From: Octopus bimaculoides
Taxonomy: Eukaryota
Assembly: GCF_001194135.2 (NCBI RefSeq)
Contig: NC_069004.1
Location: 14,182,719 to 14,246,718 of the forward strand
DNA length: 64,000 nucleotides
Direction: 5' to 3'
Of this stretch, positions 23,467 to 36,161 are shown one piece after another; within the stretch, counting starts at the first letter, position 1, and each line of letters begins with the position of its first letter. The notes beneath the pieces are model-generated. The model searched no databases and had not been told where the DNA came from. It worked only from the letters and a program-made list of their open reading frames with translations. The position numbers and the translations under genes were made by a program.

Positions 23467-24215
23467 GATGAGATATAAAAATTTTAAGTTCTGAGCTTAT
23501 GAACAGCATGTCTTACAATAATGATAGAAAGGGCATAAGAAGATCTGAGTTGATGCTTTAGTCCAGTGATTACCATCATGATTTTATGTGTACACACACA
23601 TATATATATTCTTTATTTTCCCTCACCTTACAGTAAGGTGTGCAGCCATGTTAACCACCCAGTCAAATGGTGTGTGTGCACAAGTGTGGTTGTGTAGTAA
23701 GAAGTTTGTTTCTTAACCACATGGTTCCAGGTTCAGTCCCACTATGTGGCAACTTGGGCTTCTACTATATCCATGGGTCACCTTGGACTTCTACTATAGC
23801 CATGGGTTGACTAAAGCCTTGAGTGGATTTGGTAGACAGATACTGAAATGAGCCCATCATGTGTGTGTTTGTGTGTTCTTGTCCCCCACCACCTGACAAT
23901 CTGTGTTGGTGTATTCAAGTCCCCATAACTTAACATTTTGGCAAAAGAGACTGACAGAGTATGTACCAGGCTTTGGAAAAAAAAAAGTACTGGGATTGAT
24001 TTGTTTGACTAAAATGGCAGTGCCCCAGCATGACTGCAGTCTAATGACTGAATGACTGAAACAAATAAAAAATAGAAATATACACATGATATTTTTAATC
24101 AACAGGTGGAGAACAAAAACACTGAGGATAGAGACTCTACACTTAAGAGGAGAGAGTACAATTTGTTTATTGTTAAGTTAACTTCGTCTTCCAGTTTTGT
24201 TTTAGTATCTTGTTC

Positions 24216-24254
<39 letters not shown>

Positions 24255-25778
24255 GCACACACAGTTTTAATTAACCTGAACTGGGGTAACTGAGAAAACT
24301 TATTTAACAGTCGTATTTTCATCCATTTAAAATACAAGATTTGTTTCTAGTTAGAAATTTCTGATGCAACAATTGTATCTGACTTTACCTTTGGTATTTC
24401 ATTAATTGTAAAAACTAAGAGTAATATTTATGCAATTCAGATTTCCAAAGATACATAACACTGTGTGACACGATTTTTGTCCTTAGGTTGTAACTGTTAT
24501 TTTTTATTTACTTACCTCTAGAAAGTGTGAAAAATGGCTAATATTTCCTTCAAACTTTGCTTTTCTTACATTTATTCAACCCCACCAAAGAGTCTCTCTC
24601 AACACATGGCTATGGTGCTCCCCCATTACTCCTGCTCATGATGAGGGATGCACATATTGTTACTCACTAAGGGACATGCTCAAGTGATTATGGTCAAGCA
24701 GCTGACAGGCATATCTGTGGTATTGAGCAGAACATTTGCTCTAATGATATTTCAGCTTCAGCAACTCAACTCTGAATCTGCCTGAAATGTAATGGAAAGT
24801 AGGTCAGTTTCAAAACATGACACCCAGGTCACAAAAGCAAAGTTTAAAGGGAGCAGTAGCCATTTCCTTTGATTTCTAGATTGAAGCAAATAGGAAGTAA
24901 CACTTACTGACCAAAGACAAAAAAAAAAAAAAAAATTGTTACACTGTGTAATGAAAATTATTTACCCAATCCTTTAACAAACATATTTAAATCTATCAAC
25001 AATATGGCTGAGGACAGAAAGCTCAGGGAATCATACTAAATATGGTAGGGCCTCACATATATGTAATATAGTGTGAGTTGATAAATTAATTAAGGGAGGT
25101 TTTTACAGGTCATAACCACTTTTAACCTCCTAAAAACAAATTTTGATATTGTTAGCTATTTAAATAGTTTTGTGTTATCCAGTTCAATTCTGTTAATTGC
25201 ATTAAATCATTTACTTCTTCATTAAGTTTTAAGACAATGAAAAACGAAAAAAAAAAAAAAATCAATGTTTAAAATGACTGACAGTATTTGCCAAATAATC
25301 TGACCTGAACAGAAAACCTGCTTATTGCTCACTTCTTAAGACTGCTAGACTGACATTAAAGGGTCTCTGTTCATACATTCAAGACACCTACACAAAAAAG
25401 AAACTATTAAACAACCCGAAATAACTCCTATATTAACAAGCCAACAAGAAAACCTCTATAGAGTCATTCTACTTATTAGAAATAACAGCTAAATTTCAGT
25501 TATGTCACACCCTACTGTTCTGAAAAAGGTAAAGAACATATTAGATATCTTTCTAGAAATAACGTATTAATATATGTGTAAAAGACAAAAAAAAAAAAAA
25601 GAAAAAAAGATAGGCACAGGTGTGGCTGAGTGGTATGAAGTTTCCTTCCCAAACACATGGTTTTCGGTTCAGTTTCATTGCATGGCACTTAGGATAAGTG
25701 TCTTCTACCGTAGCCTTGACCCAACCAAAGCCTTGTAAGTAGATTTGGTAGACAAACCCTAAAAGAAGCCTGTTGTAT

Positions 25779-25848
<70 letters not shown>

Positions 25849-28049
25849 TTATGTTTTTGTGTTTGCCCCTCACCACCAATTGAAAGCCAGTGTTATATCC
25901 CCATAACTTAACAGTCTAGCAAAATGATACTGATAGAATAAGTACCAGACTTTATAAAAATTAAGTACATGGTAGCAAAGATAAAAGATGATCTAAGCTG
26001 GGGTGTCAGCTTGATCAGGGTTGACCAAGGGTTAAACAACAACATCTGGAGGCTGGTGTAGCTCTCTAGCTTACCAGTCCCAATAAAACCATCTAACCCA
26101 TGCCAGCATGGAAAATGAACGTTAAATGATGATGATGATTATATAAGAGAGAGGTTTTTTTTTCTAAAAAGTTGATGACAGTTTATTCGGAGTTTGCTCT
26201 ATGGCACTTTATTCAATGTACTGAGTTCTACACCAGATAACACTTGCAATATGTAAAATATATTTTAATATACTGTACAGCTACTACATTATAGCGTGTG
26301 TGTGTGTGTGTGTGCACACATGCGTGCGTGTATGTATAGTGGTAAAGCCATTTATGGTCCATCCAAATTTTGCACTTGAAACTATGACCTTGCAATCTGA
26401 AGGACAACCTCTTTCCTTTGCAGAAAGGTATATATTATGGATTTTTTTTTTTCTTACAATTTCTGAATTCTGGAATATCTAAATGCATTACTTTTGGTTT
26501 TTAGGAGACAGAAACATTAGTGAAGACAAATTTGTATTGAATTTTCCCCCTCAACAACAAATAGATCATTCCATTTTTATCCACGCTCCAATACTATAAT
26601 GGTCTTGCTATCATGCAGCATTTTCTTACCAAATACCCACCACTCATACAAATGCTATCTCAGAAAAAAAACAAAAAAAAAACAATATCAATTTCCATTT
26701 ATTCTTCAGATTCTCATTTTACAGGAATCAAATCCTATTTATTTCATTACCTGTTCACCGCTGCAAACCATTCTCAACCATTCATGGTTTTTACTCTTAA
26801 ACTTTGTAATATTTCTCGATACATCAATCATACAGTTCATAGTTTTTAGAAACTAACATTTTTTTCTTAAGCTTACCATAAGCTATGTATTCCAAGAAGT
26901 TCTGATGCCATTCCTGACAGTTTACTGAAGCAAAGGGTATAGAATCAACCATCCTACTGCATGGCACTTTGGGTAAGTGTCTTCTCCTATAGCCTTGGGC
27001 CAACCAAAGTACTGAGTGAATTTAGTAGACAGAAACTGAAAGAAGCCTGCTACATGTGTGTGTGCGCAAGCACGTGTGTGTATGACAGTTTATATAAACT
27101 TAAATTCCAAATGTGTGTCACTGTGTCTGTGTTTGTACCCCACCATTGCTTGACAATTAGTGTTAGTTTGTTTACATCCCCATAACCTAGTGGTCCAGCA
27201 AAAGAAACTGATAGAATAAGTACCATGCGTAAAACGCAAAAAAAGTACTGGGGTTGTTTGTTTAACTAAAATTCCTCAAGGCAGTGCCCCAGCATGGCTG
27301 CAGTCTAATGAATGAAACAAGTAAAAGATATGACACACACACACAATCTGGTCCAAGCACAACAATCAAGATACAGCAGAAGCAGGACAATATCCCAGGT
27401 ATTGTCATGAGGATAATCTACCAGTTATGGATTTGATAGAAAATTTGGTTCAAAATATCAAAAATGCCACCAAAATTAAATGACAAAATAGTAAAAGATT
27501 ATAACTGAACTTGTTAGCAATCAGATTACACTGTCAAATGTAAGGTGTATTTAATCACATTATCACATTAATCATGCATTATCTTACAGCTTTGTGATTT
27601 CAATGATGTGATTGTTTACTATTATACTGACATTATAGGGTAGGTGTGAGAGACCAGACCTTGCTGGTTTGAACATAAAACAGGTAAAATATTTGGGCAA
27701 ATGACTGGTTTAAGTGCTGAAGGGTTAAAAGATTTCATTCAATTATCTAATTTATTGTTTAAGTGTCTACTTTGATGTGTCCAGTTGCTGAATGCAAATT
27801 GCATAGAGGTCAACTTTGCCATCCAGGAGATGTCAAGTACCGGTAAAATATTGGTCATTCTAATCAGCCACACTCCCTTCCAGCTCTCACTCAGTGAACT
27901 GAAGGAGTTGTTAGAGAATCTGACAAAAAGACTTGTGGCATCTGTCCGCCTTCTATCCTAGAGTCAATAAATAAAATACCAATCTAGGTTAGTTGGGTGG
28001 CAGAATTGATACAGCATCAGTATATGTTCTAGTTTTTTCCCATCCCTCC

Positions 28050-28650
28050 ATCTTCTGTACCCACTATTCCTAAGAGGCTCATGGGGATAGGGTCTTCAGG
28101 CACCGCCGCCTCCAAAGGGCCCTATCAGAAGCAACCATCATTAGACTTTCTGTCTGAATTCCCAAGTGAGGCCAACTGAGAGTATAGATATTATTCAACT
28201 ATCTCGTTCTCAATCTACTCCTAGGCCTCCAGCTGGTTGGCTCAGCTTGAAAAATCTGTTTTACTTCCTGTGACATTCTAATCATGTCCATAGTAACAGA
28301 GATGTGACCTCTCAATGCAGAGAAGTAGTGGCTTGACCTGAAGAGACTTCCTGATCTCTCAACTATGCACCCTGTCAAGTAACATTACTCCAGAGATCCT
28401 TTGGGAGTTACCCATTTTAGCTGCTTGTATTCAGCTATTGGTATACATTTCCAGTCATTACTCAATATTCATGGAGGAAGAATTAATCAATCATCAGGTT
28501 TAACACAACTACATGATACACTGGCTGCTATTAATGGAGATTTCTCGATTGCAAGCCTTTAGGTCATGTTTCCCCTCCTTATCACTGGTCTCAGAGGCCC
28601 TGAAGACAGTCATGCATGCCATACAACAATTACTCCTCTTGTGACTAAGT
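28050..28650 (-). mobile_element. Decayed RTE-clade LINE 3' region
   Basis: Minus strand: ..MIRMSQEVKQIFQAEPTSWRPRSRLRTR*LNNIYTLSWPHLGIQTEK..MVASDR..WRRRCLKTLSP, the RTE C-terminal pattern with stops and frameshifts. Confidence 0.65.
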
Positions 28651-29589
28651 GATGATAAACAAACAAAATAAAAATCACTAAATGGTAAAATGTACGATAA
28701 TTTTTTTTTCTTTTTCTAAATAACTTCACTTTTTCAAATTCTGCCAGTAGGAAGAAAACAAAAAAAAAAAAAGGAATAAAAAAGTGAATTTGATAATGTT
28801 TTATTTTTAACTAAGTAAATTGTAAATAGCTTCAAAGAACACTGGAAAATCTACAGAACAAAAACGAAAAAAACCCAAAAAAAAAACGATTATGTAAAGT
28901 GACATCAATGTTTCATAATCAGGTTGAGAATAAGAATAAATATATATTATCATATAAAGTAAATATTTCCCTATTGATTGAAGCTGAGTCTATCAATAAT
29001 GGTCGTCAAGGATAAAGAAGATTGAGAAGCCAGCTGGTGTATTAATAAAGGCCAGAATCCACATAAAATTACTATTAATGATGTTTTTACATGTATATGA
29101 GAAATGAAACAATACTGAATAAATGTTTGCTTAGATATTTACATCACCAACAGAACCAAAACTACAAAAACTACAAAAAAAAAATTATTACTGAGGTTTT
29201 AGCCAAGATAAAGATAAAGCAACGTTATGTTTTCATATCATAAAAGTCAACCTGTTTGAGTAATATTTCAGAATTTTATGAAATATTTTGATGAAAGGGT
29301 CTCCTGGCATAAAAGGAAAAAAAATCTAATTATTGCTGATAGGTTTACGAGGAAAAAAAAATCATTAGAGACATAAAAATTTTGTTTTTATATAATAACT
29401 TATATATAAAAAAAAAAGCTAATAGGTGCAGGCATAGCTATGTGGTAAGAAGCTTGCTTCCCATCCACATGGTTCCAGGTTCAGTCCCACTGTGTGGCAC
29501 CTTGTGTGTGGATTTGGGAGACATGGTTACATACCATCATCACCACCATCATTATCATCATTACTCTAGTCCACTTAGTTGACAAAGAT

Positions 29590-29770
29590 GAGTAGTATCT
29601 GTCTTTCAAAAGGCCAGCCTTATCATATTCTGTGTCACGCTGAATCTCCCTGAGAACTACGTTAAACGTACATGTGTCTGTGGAATGCTCAGCCACTTGC
29701 ATGTTAATTTCATGAGCAGATTGTTCTGTTGATCAGATCAACTAGAACCAGCATCATTATAACCAACAGA
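29590..29770 (+). mobile_element. 3' portion of the SINE family found full length at 51098-51485
   Basis: Shares gtcacgctgaatctccctgagaactacgtt...ctcagccacttgcatgttaatttcatgagcag. Confidence 0.8.
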
Positions 29771-30006
29771 GTGCCAGTTTGCATACAATGATGTAGGCTA
29801 GATTTTTTGGGGGAAAAATGCATACCAAATAGGTGCAGGCTTGGCTGTGTGGTAAGAAGCTTGCTTCCCAACCACATGGTTCTGGGTTCAGTCCCACTGC
29901 GTGGCACCTTGGGCAAGTGTCTTCTACTATAGCCTTGGGCTGACCAAAGCCTTGTGAGTGGATTTGGTAGACGGAAACTGAAAGAAGCCCATTGTGNNNN
30001 NNNNNN

Positions 30007-30050
<44 letters not shown>

Positions 30051-31464
30051 TATATATACATATATATACACATATATATATATACACACACACTAGTATT
30101 ATAACCTGATTCCATTCAGGTCTACTCGGGCCACATTTTAAAGATGAGGAATTTTGCCCTAGAGGCCACATCTTTCCATTGAGCAAACTCAAAGTTGCCA
30201 TGCAAACTCCCCACCACTTTTAACATAGGTGTGCAAATTTTCAGGTCAATCCGACCACATTTACTAACACTTTGACCTGCACAACTGTTTCTGAGACAAT
30301 GTCTGCCCTTTTCACAAATATATAGTAGAAATATGTATATCTCTGTGCATCTGTGTTTGTCTCCCCACCATCACTTGACAAATGATGTTGGTATGTTTAC
30401 ATCCGTATAACTAAGTGGTTCGGCAAAAGAGAACGGTAGAACAAGTACTAGGCTTACAAAGAATAAGTCCTGGGGTCGATTAGTTCAACTAAAGGCGGTG
30501 CTCCAGCATGGCTGCAGTCACATTACTGAAACAAGTAAAAGAATAAAAGGATTTAGAGAGTGAGGTTGGCCTGTGCAAGACCTTTAATCACTTTAAATAC
30601 TTCAAGGAAAGGCATTACTTGATTTTTAATTTATTATAGGACTGCCCATAGCCCCTGAAAAAGGTAAAACATTAAATGATAAGAAAGCTAAAAATAATTC
30701 TATGAACTGGCAGAATCTTCACAGCATTGGTGAAGAAAAAAATAAATATCTTGCAGCATTTAATTTAGAGTTCAAATCCTGTGGAGGTCAACTTTGCCAT
30801 TCATCCTACTGGAGCTGATTAAATAAAGAGCTCAAGACACCACCACCACCACCGCCGCACACACACACACACACCAAAATTTTGGCCTTCTGGCAATGTT
30901 AGAAATCAATCTTTTTCTACTCATTTTGATTCAACATGTTAAAATAATAAAACCAACAATAACAAAAAAAAAGACACATTAAACCAATCCTTCTTCCCCA
31001 CTGNNNNNNNNNNNNNNNNNNNNNNNNNNNNNNNNNNNNNNNNNNNNNNNNNNNNNNNNNNNNNNNNNNNNNNNNNNNNNNNNNNNNNNNNNNNNNNNNN
31101 NNNNNNATATATATATATATATATAATATAATATAATATAGGATAAAATCTTTATAAGAATTTATCAAGTAGTCAGCGTGAGGCATTACTATATAGTTAA
31201 TGCCCTTATATAAATTAGTATACAAATTTAATCTGCGGTCCATGGGATGAACCGTTTTAACGATGCATCCTGCCCGAAGCTCGTCGAAACGCCGGTGTTA
31301 AAACGTGGGTAGCTGATGAAGTAGAATGTTCTCTATGTGGCTCGTGTGTTTTCTCGTCTACGTTTGTTTGCAATGTTCTGTACCCAGATATGCACCTATA
31401 CATACAGGTGGATGTCGGTATGCACATACCTGTACGTATATATGCATATACACATTTACTAATT

Positions 31465-31479
<15 letters not shown>

Positions 31480-31500
<21 letters not shown>

Positions 31501-32049
31501 CAAAATTATATATATATATAAATATATTACACACACATATATATATATTAAACATATATATATATATTAAACAAAATTTCCTGGTGATAAAGTTTCTAAC
31601 TAGGGAAAAAGAAAGTTATCAGTTAAACGAAGAATCTTTATTTCAGTTTGAAAAATATTTGAATGCACAGTTTTTGTTATTTTTTTTACCTCTCCCAATA
31701 AATCATTATATGGTATTACAGAAAGAAAGGAAGGAAGGAATGGAAGAGAAAACGAATTCATCTAAGCAAATATGAGAAATCATTCCTTCAATCTAATTTG
31801 TTGATGAACAGTTGTGGTGAGATGGTGGGTAGGGTATGAGAGAAATTGCAGAAAGCAGAGTTTATGGAGAGAAAATAAATATTGATAATTAGGTTTTACA
31901 TATTTTACCAATTTCATTTTATAGATGCTATATATACATGTATTTACGTAGATATGTGTGCATGTATACATGGTGTACACACACATGAATATAAATATAG
32001 ATATATATATAAATACATATATATACATAAATATATATTTATAGATATA

Positions 32050-32085
<36 letters not shown>

Positions 32086-32152
32086 AATATATATAAATAT
32101 ATATATATACATAAATATATATAAATACATATATATACATAAATATATATAA

Positions 32153-32193
<41 letters not shown>

Positions 32194-32400
32194 ATAAAAA
32201 AAAAAAAAAAGTACATAAATATATATAAATACATATATACATATACATAAAGAAATATAAATACATATATACATAAATATGAATACATATATATATATAT
32301 ATCTAAACACACACACATATATACACATATATATATACATAAATATATATACTCATATAAATAAATATATATATGCACATATATATATGATATGCACACA
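31480..32400. repeat. Compound TA/CA microsatellite with a ~26-bp higher-order unit (atatatacataaatatatataaatac)
   Basis: Directly visible; explains the YI-repeat ORFs at 31780-32399. Confidence 0.95.
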
Positions 32401-33063
32401 CATTTTCACATGTAATATATATGTTATTTAATGGGTTTATAAAAATTCTAGTGACAACTTCAGCTTCTAATTTAGTTTATATATAAGAAAAGATAAAAGG
32501 AAAAAAAATCATGTGTGTGTGTGTGTATAATATATTTATATAGATGTAAATTAACTTATTGCATGTTATTTTATTTTCTAAACAGAATTTATTATTATAA
32601 TTATCATTAATATTTATTTATTTTTTTTGTAGTTTATTTTAACATGAAGTAAATGATATTGTAATAATGATAAATGATATTTTGTCAGTTCAGAAAGTAA
32701 TTGACACAAATATGAGAATATGTGAATGNNNNNNNNNNNNNNNNNNNNNNNNNNNNNNNNNNNNNNNNNNNNNNNNNNNNNNNNNNNNNNNNNNNNNNNN
32801 NNNNNNNNNNNNNNNNNNNNNNNNNNNNNNNNNNNNNNNNNNNNNNNNNNNNNNNNNNNNNNNNNNNNNNNNNNNNNNNNNNNNNNNNNNNNNNNNNNNN
32901 NNNNNNNNNNNNNNNNNNNNNNNNNNNNNNNNNNNNNNNNNNNNNNNNNNNNNNNNNNNNNNNNNNNNNNNNNNNNNNNNNNNNNNNNNNNNNNNNNNNN
33001 NNNNNNNNNNNNNNNNNNNNNNNNNNNNNNNNNNNNNNNNNNNNNNNNNNNNNNNNNNNNNNN

Positions 33064-33600
33064 TATATATACTCTTTTACTTGTTTCAGTCATTTGACTG
33101 TGGCCATGCTGGAGCACTGCCTTTAGTTGAACAAATCAACACCAGAACTTATTCTTTGTAAGCCTAGTACTTGTTCTATTAGTCTCTTTTGCCGAGCCAC
33201 TAAGTTACGGGGACATAAACACATCACCATTAGTTGTCAAGCGATTGGGGGGACAAACACAGACACACACATACATATATATACATATATATATACATAT
33301 ATATGACGGGCTTCTTTCAGTTTCCGTCTACCAGAAACTGAAAAAAGCCCGTCACACACACACATAGATATCTGTGCATGTGTGTCTGTGTTTCTCCCCT
33401 GTCATCACTTGACAACCGGTGTTGGTGTGTTTAAGTCTCCGTAACTTAGCAGTCCGGCAAAAGAAACCGAAAAAATACCAGGCTTAAAATATGAGTTTGG
33501 GGTGAGTGGGTGGGAAGTTCATTCAACTAAAAATTCTTCAAGGGTGGTGCCCCAACATGGCCACAGTCTAATGACTGAAACTAGTAAAAGACAGAAGATA
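33064..33600. mobile_element. Palindromic fusion of two SINE A 3' halves
   Basis: Minus copy 33064-33324 and plus copy 33334-33600 joined at tgacgggcttctttcagtttc-cgtctacca-gaaactgaaaaaagcccgtca. Confidence 0.85.
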
Positions 33601-34069
33601 AACACAGACAATTTCCCTTCATTGGTTCAACAATTAAATGAAAGCTACAGTCCTGCCAAGGACATACTTGTTCAAAACCCAGATTTGAAACCATTAATAC
33701 TTGAAATGAGATATTGTTGCCAAGAAGGAGGAAACGCACTCGCCCAGCGTGCTAACGTTTCTGCCAGTTCGCTGCCTTCATCCCAGCTCGCCACCTTCAT
33801 TTTATTTCTGTGGAGTTCAAGAGGTTTCAAATGCCTTATCAAGTTTGTTATCAAAAGAGAACACCTATTTGCTGAATATATTTCAATTGATAACACTGAT
33901 AGCTTGAGTGTTTACATGTAACAACTACAGTAGATATTACTCTGCCATAATTGTTACAGTACATATAGCAACTATAATAGCAGTACAGCAAAGACACTAC
34001 ACTGCAGTAAATACAGAGATATAGTCACTAATAGTATCGTCACAGTGGCAAATATGCTTGGTTGCTTCT

Positions 34070-34320
34070 CGCTTCATGTTCTTGCTTGATAAAGGCCGGG
34101 GTCATCTCAGGTTAGTGGTCCCAAAGATGTCATCTTGTGTAGAGTTGACCAAGTCCAGCAGTGCTCTCCATCACTGGCAGTCCCATGCCAGCTCCTCTGC
34201 ATCCTCCAAGGGGACTTTGAGCCACTGGAGATCTTCCCCAGTCACATCCAGTCATATGGTGTGCGGCTTGCCACAAGGCCTCTTCCAGCCCACAACTGTT
34301 GCATTGAATGAGAGTTAAGC
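34070..34320 (-). mobile_element. RTE-clade LINE C-terminal remnant
   Basis: Minus strand FNATVVGWKRPCGKPHTI*LDVTGEDLQWLKVPLEDAEELAWDCQ*WRALLDLV. Confidence 0.7.
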
Positions 34321-35385
34321 TCTAGTAAGATGATCTAATGAAGTAAATATAGTCATTATAAAAGATATAGTTTCTATTGATAAATATCCCTTGTTGTAGG
34401 CACAGGTGTGACTTTTAGGTGCAGGCGTGACTTTTAGGTGCAAATGTGCCTTTTAGGTGCAGGCGTGGTTGTGTGGTAAGAAGTTTGCTTCCCAACCACA
34501 TGTTTCCAAGGTTCAGTCCCATTGCATGGCACCTTGGCCAAGTGTCTTTTACTATAGCCTTTAGCTGACCAAAGCACTGTGAGTGAATAGACAGAAACTG
34601 AAAGAAGCCAATCATGTGTATGTGTGTCCGTCCTTGACCACCACTTGAAAAATGGAGTTGGTGTGCTTATGTCCCCATAATTTAGCAGTTCAGCAAAAAA
34701 GTACCATGCTTAAAAAAAAAAGGATTGGGATTAATTCATTCAACTAAAATTCTTCAAAATTCTTCAATGCAGTGCCCCAGCATGGCCGCAGTCAAATGAC
34801 TGAAATGAGTAAAAGATAAAAGGTAACTATTTTACTCAGTCTAACTATCAAGAAAATAACTATTTACCTATTCCATACCATGGCTGACTCATAGAGAATT
34901 TGTACAAATATCCAAATTTTCAGACCTAACTACCCAACACCAACCAACCAAACAACACTGACCTTGGGAGTGTTACAACAATAACAACAACAAAGCCATT
35001 AACAATGAAATGCCACACAAGAGATTTAAAATATATTGATTTAATGTTTTTTTTTCTCCCCTGATGAAGAGACAAATATATGTAGGTGTGATAGCAAAGG
35101 TGGTTTAACCTATTTATAAAGCAAATATTTCTCCTAGACTCCCTAATGGGACCACATGAACCTGTTAAACAGTTTCTATGGAGTGAAAACAAACTAGAAA
35201 CTGTCAGAACTCATAGTTGGTATTGATAAAAGAAAAATACTAATAATAGTCTTAAAATAAGTCCCTCTGTTATTGTCTGTTTAGCTTCCACCCCCATCAG
35301 TTCTGAACAAGGAGCCCCATAATCAAAAGACATTCCAGCCATGAGCATCCCATCTTTTTCTAAGCACAGTGCATTGATGAAAACA

Positions 35386-35594
35386 TTATTCTGTGCCAAA
35401 TATAGCCAGCTTCAGCATGCTAAAATATTTGAGCCAGATACAGCTGGCTTGAGCATAAGACAAGAATTTGAGCCTGATATAGCCAGTTTCAGCATAAAAC
35501 AAGTAGAATATTTGAACCAGATATGGAAGGTTTGAACATAAAACAGATAGAATATTTGAGCTGGATACAACCAGTTTAAATGCTAAATGGTTAA
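35386..35594 (-). repeat. Minisatellite of ~5 x 41-44 bp derived from the subterminal segment of piggyBac MITE family 1
   Basis: Units of the form aatatttgagccagata...gtttgaacataaaacaggtag, ending in the MITE terminus tttaaatgctaaatgg|TTAA (35591-94). Confidence 0.8.
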
Positions 35595-36107
35595 CAACTG
35601 ACAGGGCAATGCCTTCTCTTAAAGAAATGCTCATAATAAAATAAGAACCACATATAAATGCTTGATCTGATGATAATCAAACAATATTTATTGGCCACCT
35701 CTGTCTGTTATCATTAATGAAATCAAGTAGAGATGATTGGAGAAGAAGTAACAATTATCACTAATGCCTACAGCACCACCATGCCATGCAATAAGCCAAA
35801 TGAAGCAGAATTCACCAAGACTACACAAAATTAGCTACAACAAAGAACCTGAAGGCATGAACTAAAAATGACCAGGGGAAATCTTCATAGAAATTAGAAA
35901 GCTTTTCTTATTTGAACTACTTGACAAGCAATTTCCCCCAGGAATAAAATCCAGCCACTACTACCACCACTACCAGCATTCATTAATGTTGTTTATTATT
36001 TCATCATGATCAAAGAGCTGCCAAGGTTAGACTTGAACTCAAGAAATCAAAGCTACTGAACATCATATCAGATATGAGTCTAGACTAGCAAAATCCCAGA
36101 GCCATTA

Positions 36108-36161
<54 letters not shown>

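Noticed and set aside
33502-33921. 139-aa ORF, the longest without N or microsatellite
   Set aside because: Starts in a SINE A tail and crosses a decayed SINE B fragment; no recognisable domain.
35386-35594. Regularly spaced repeats as a CRISPR-like array
   Set aside because: Units are contiguous diverged tandem copies without unique spacers; eukaryotic MITE origin.
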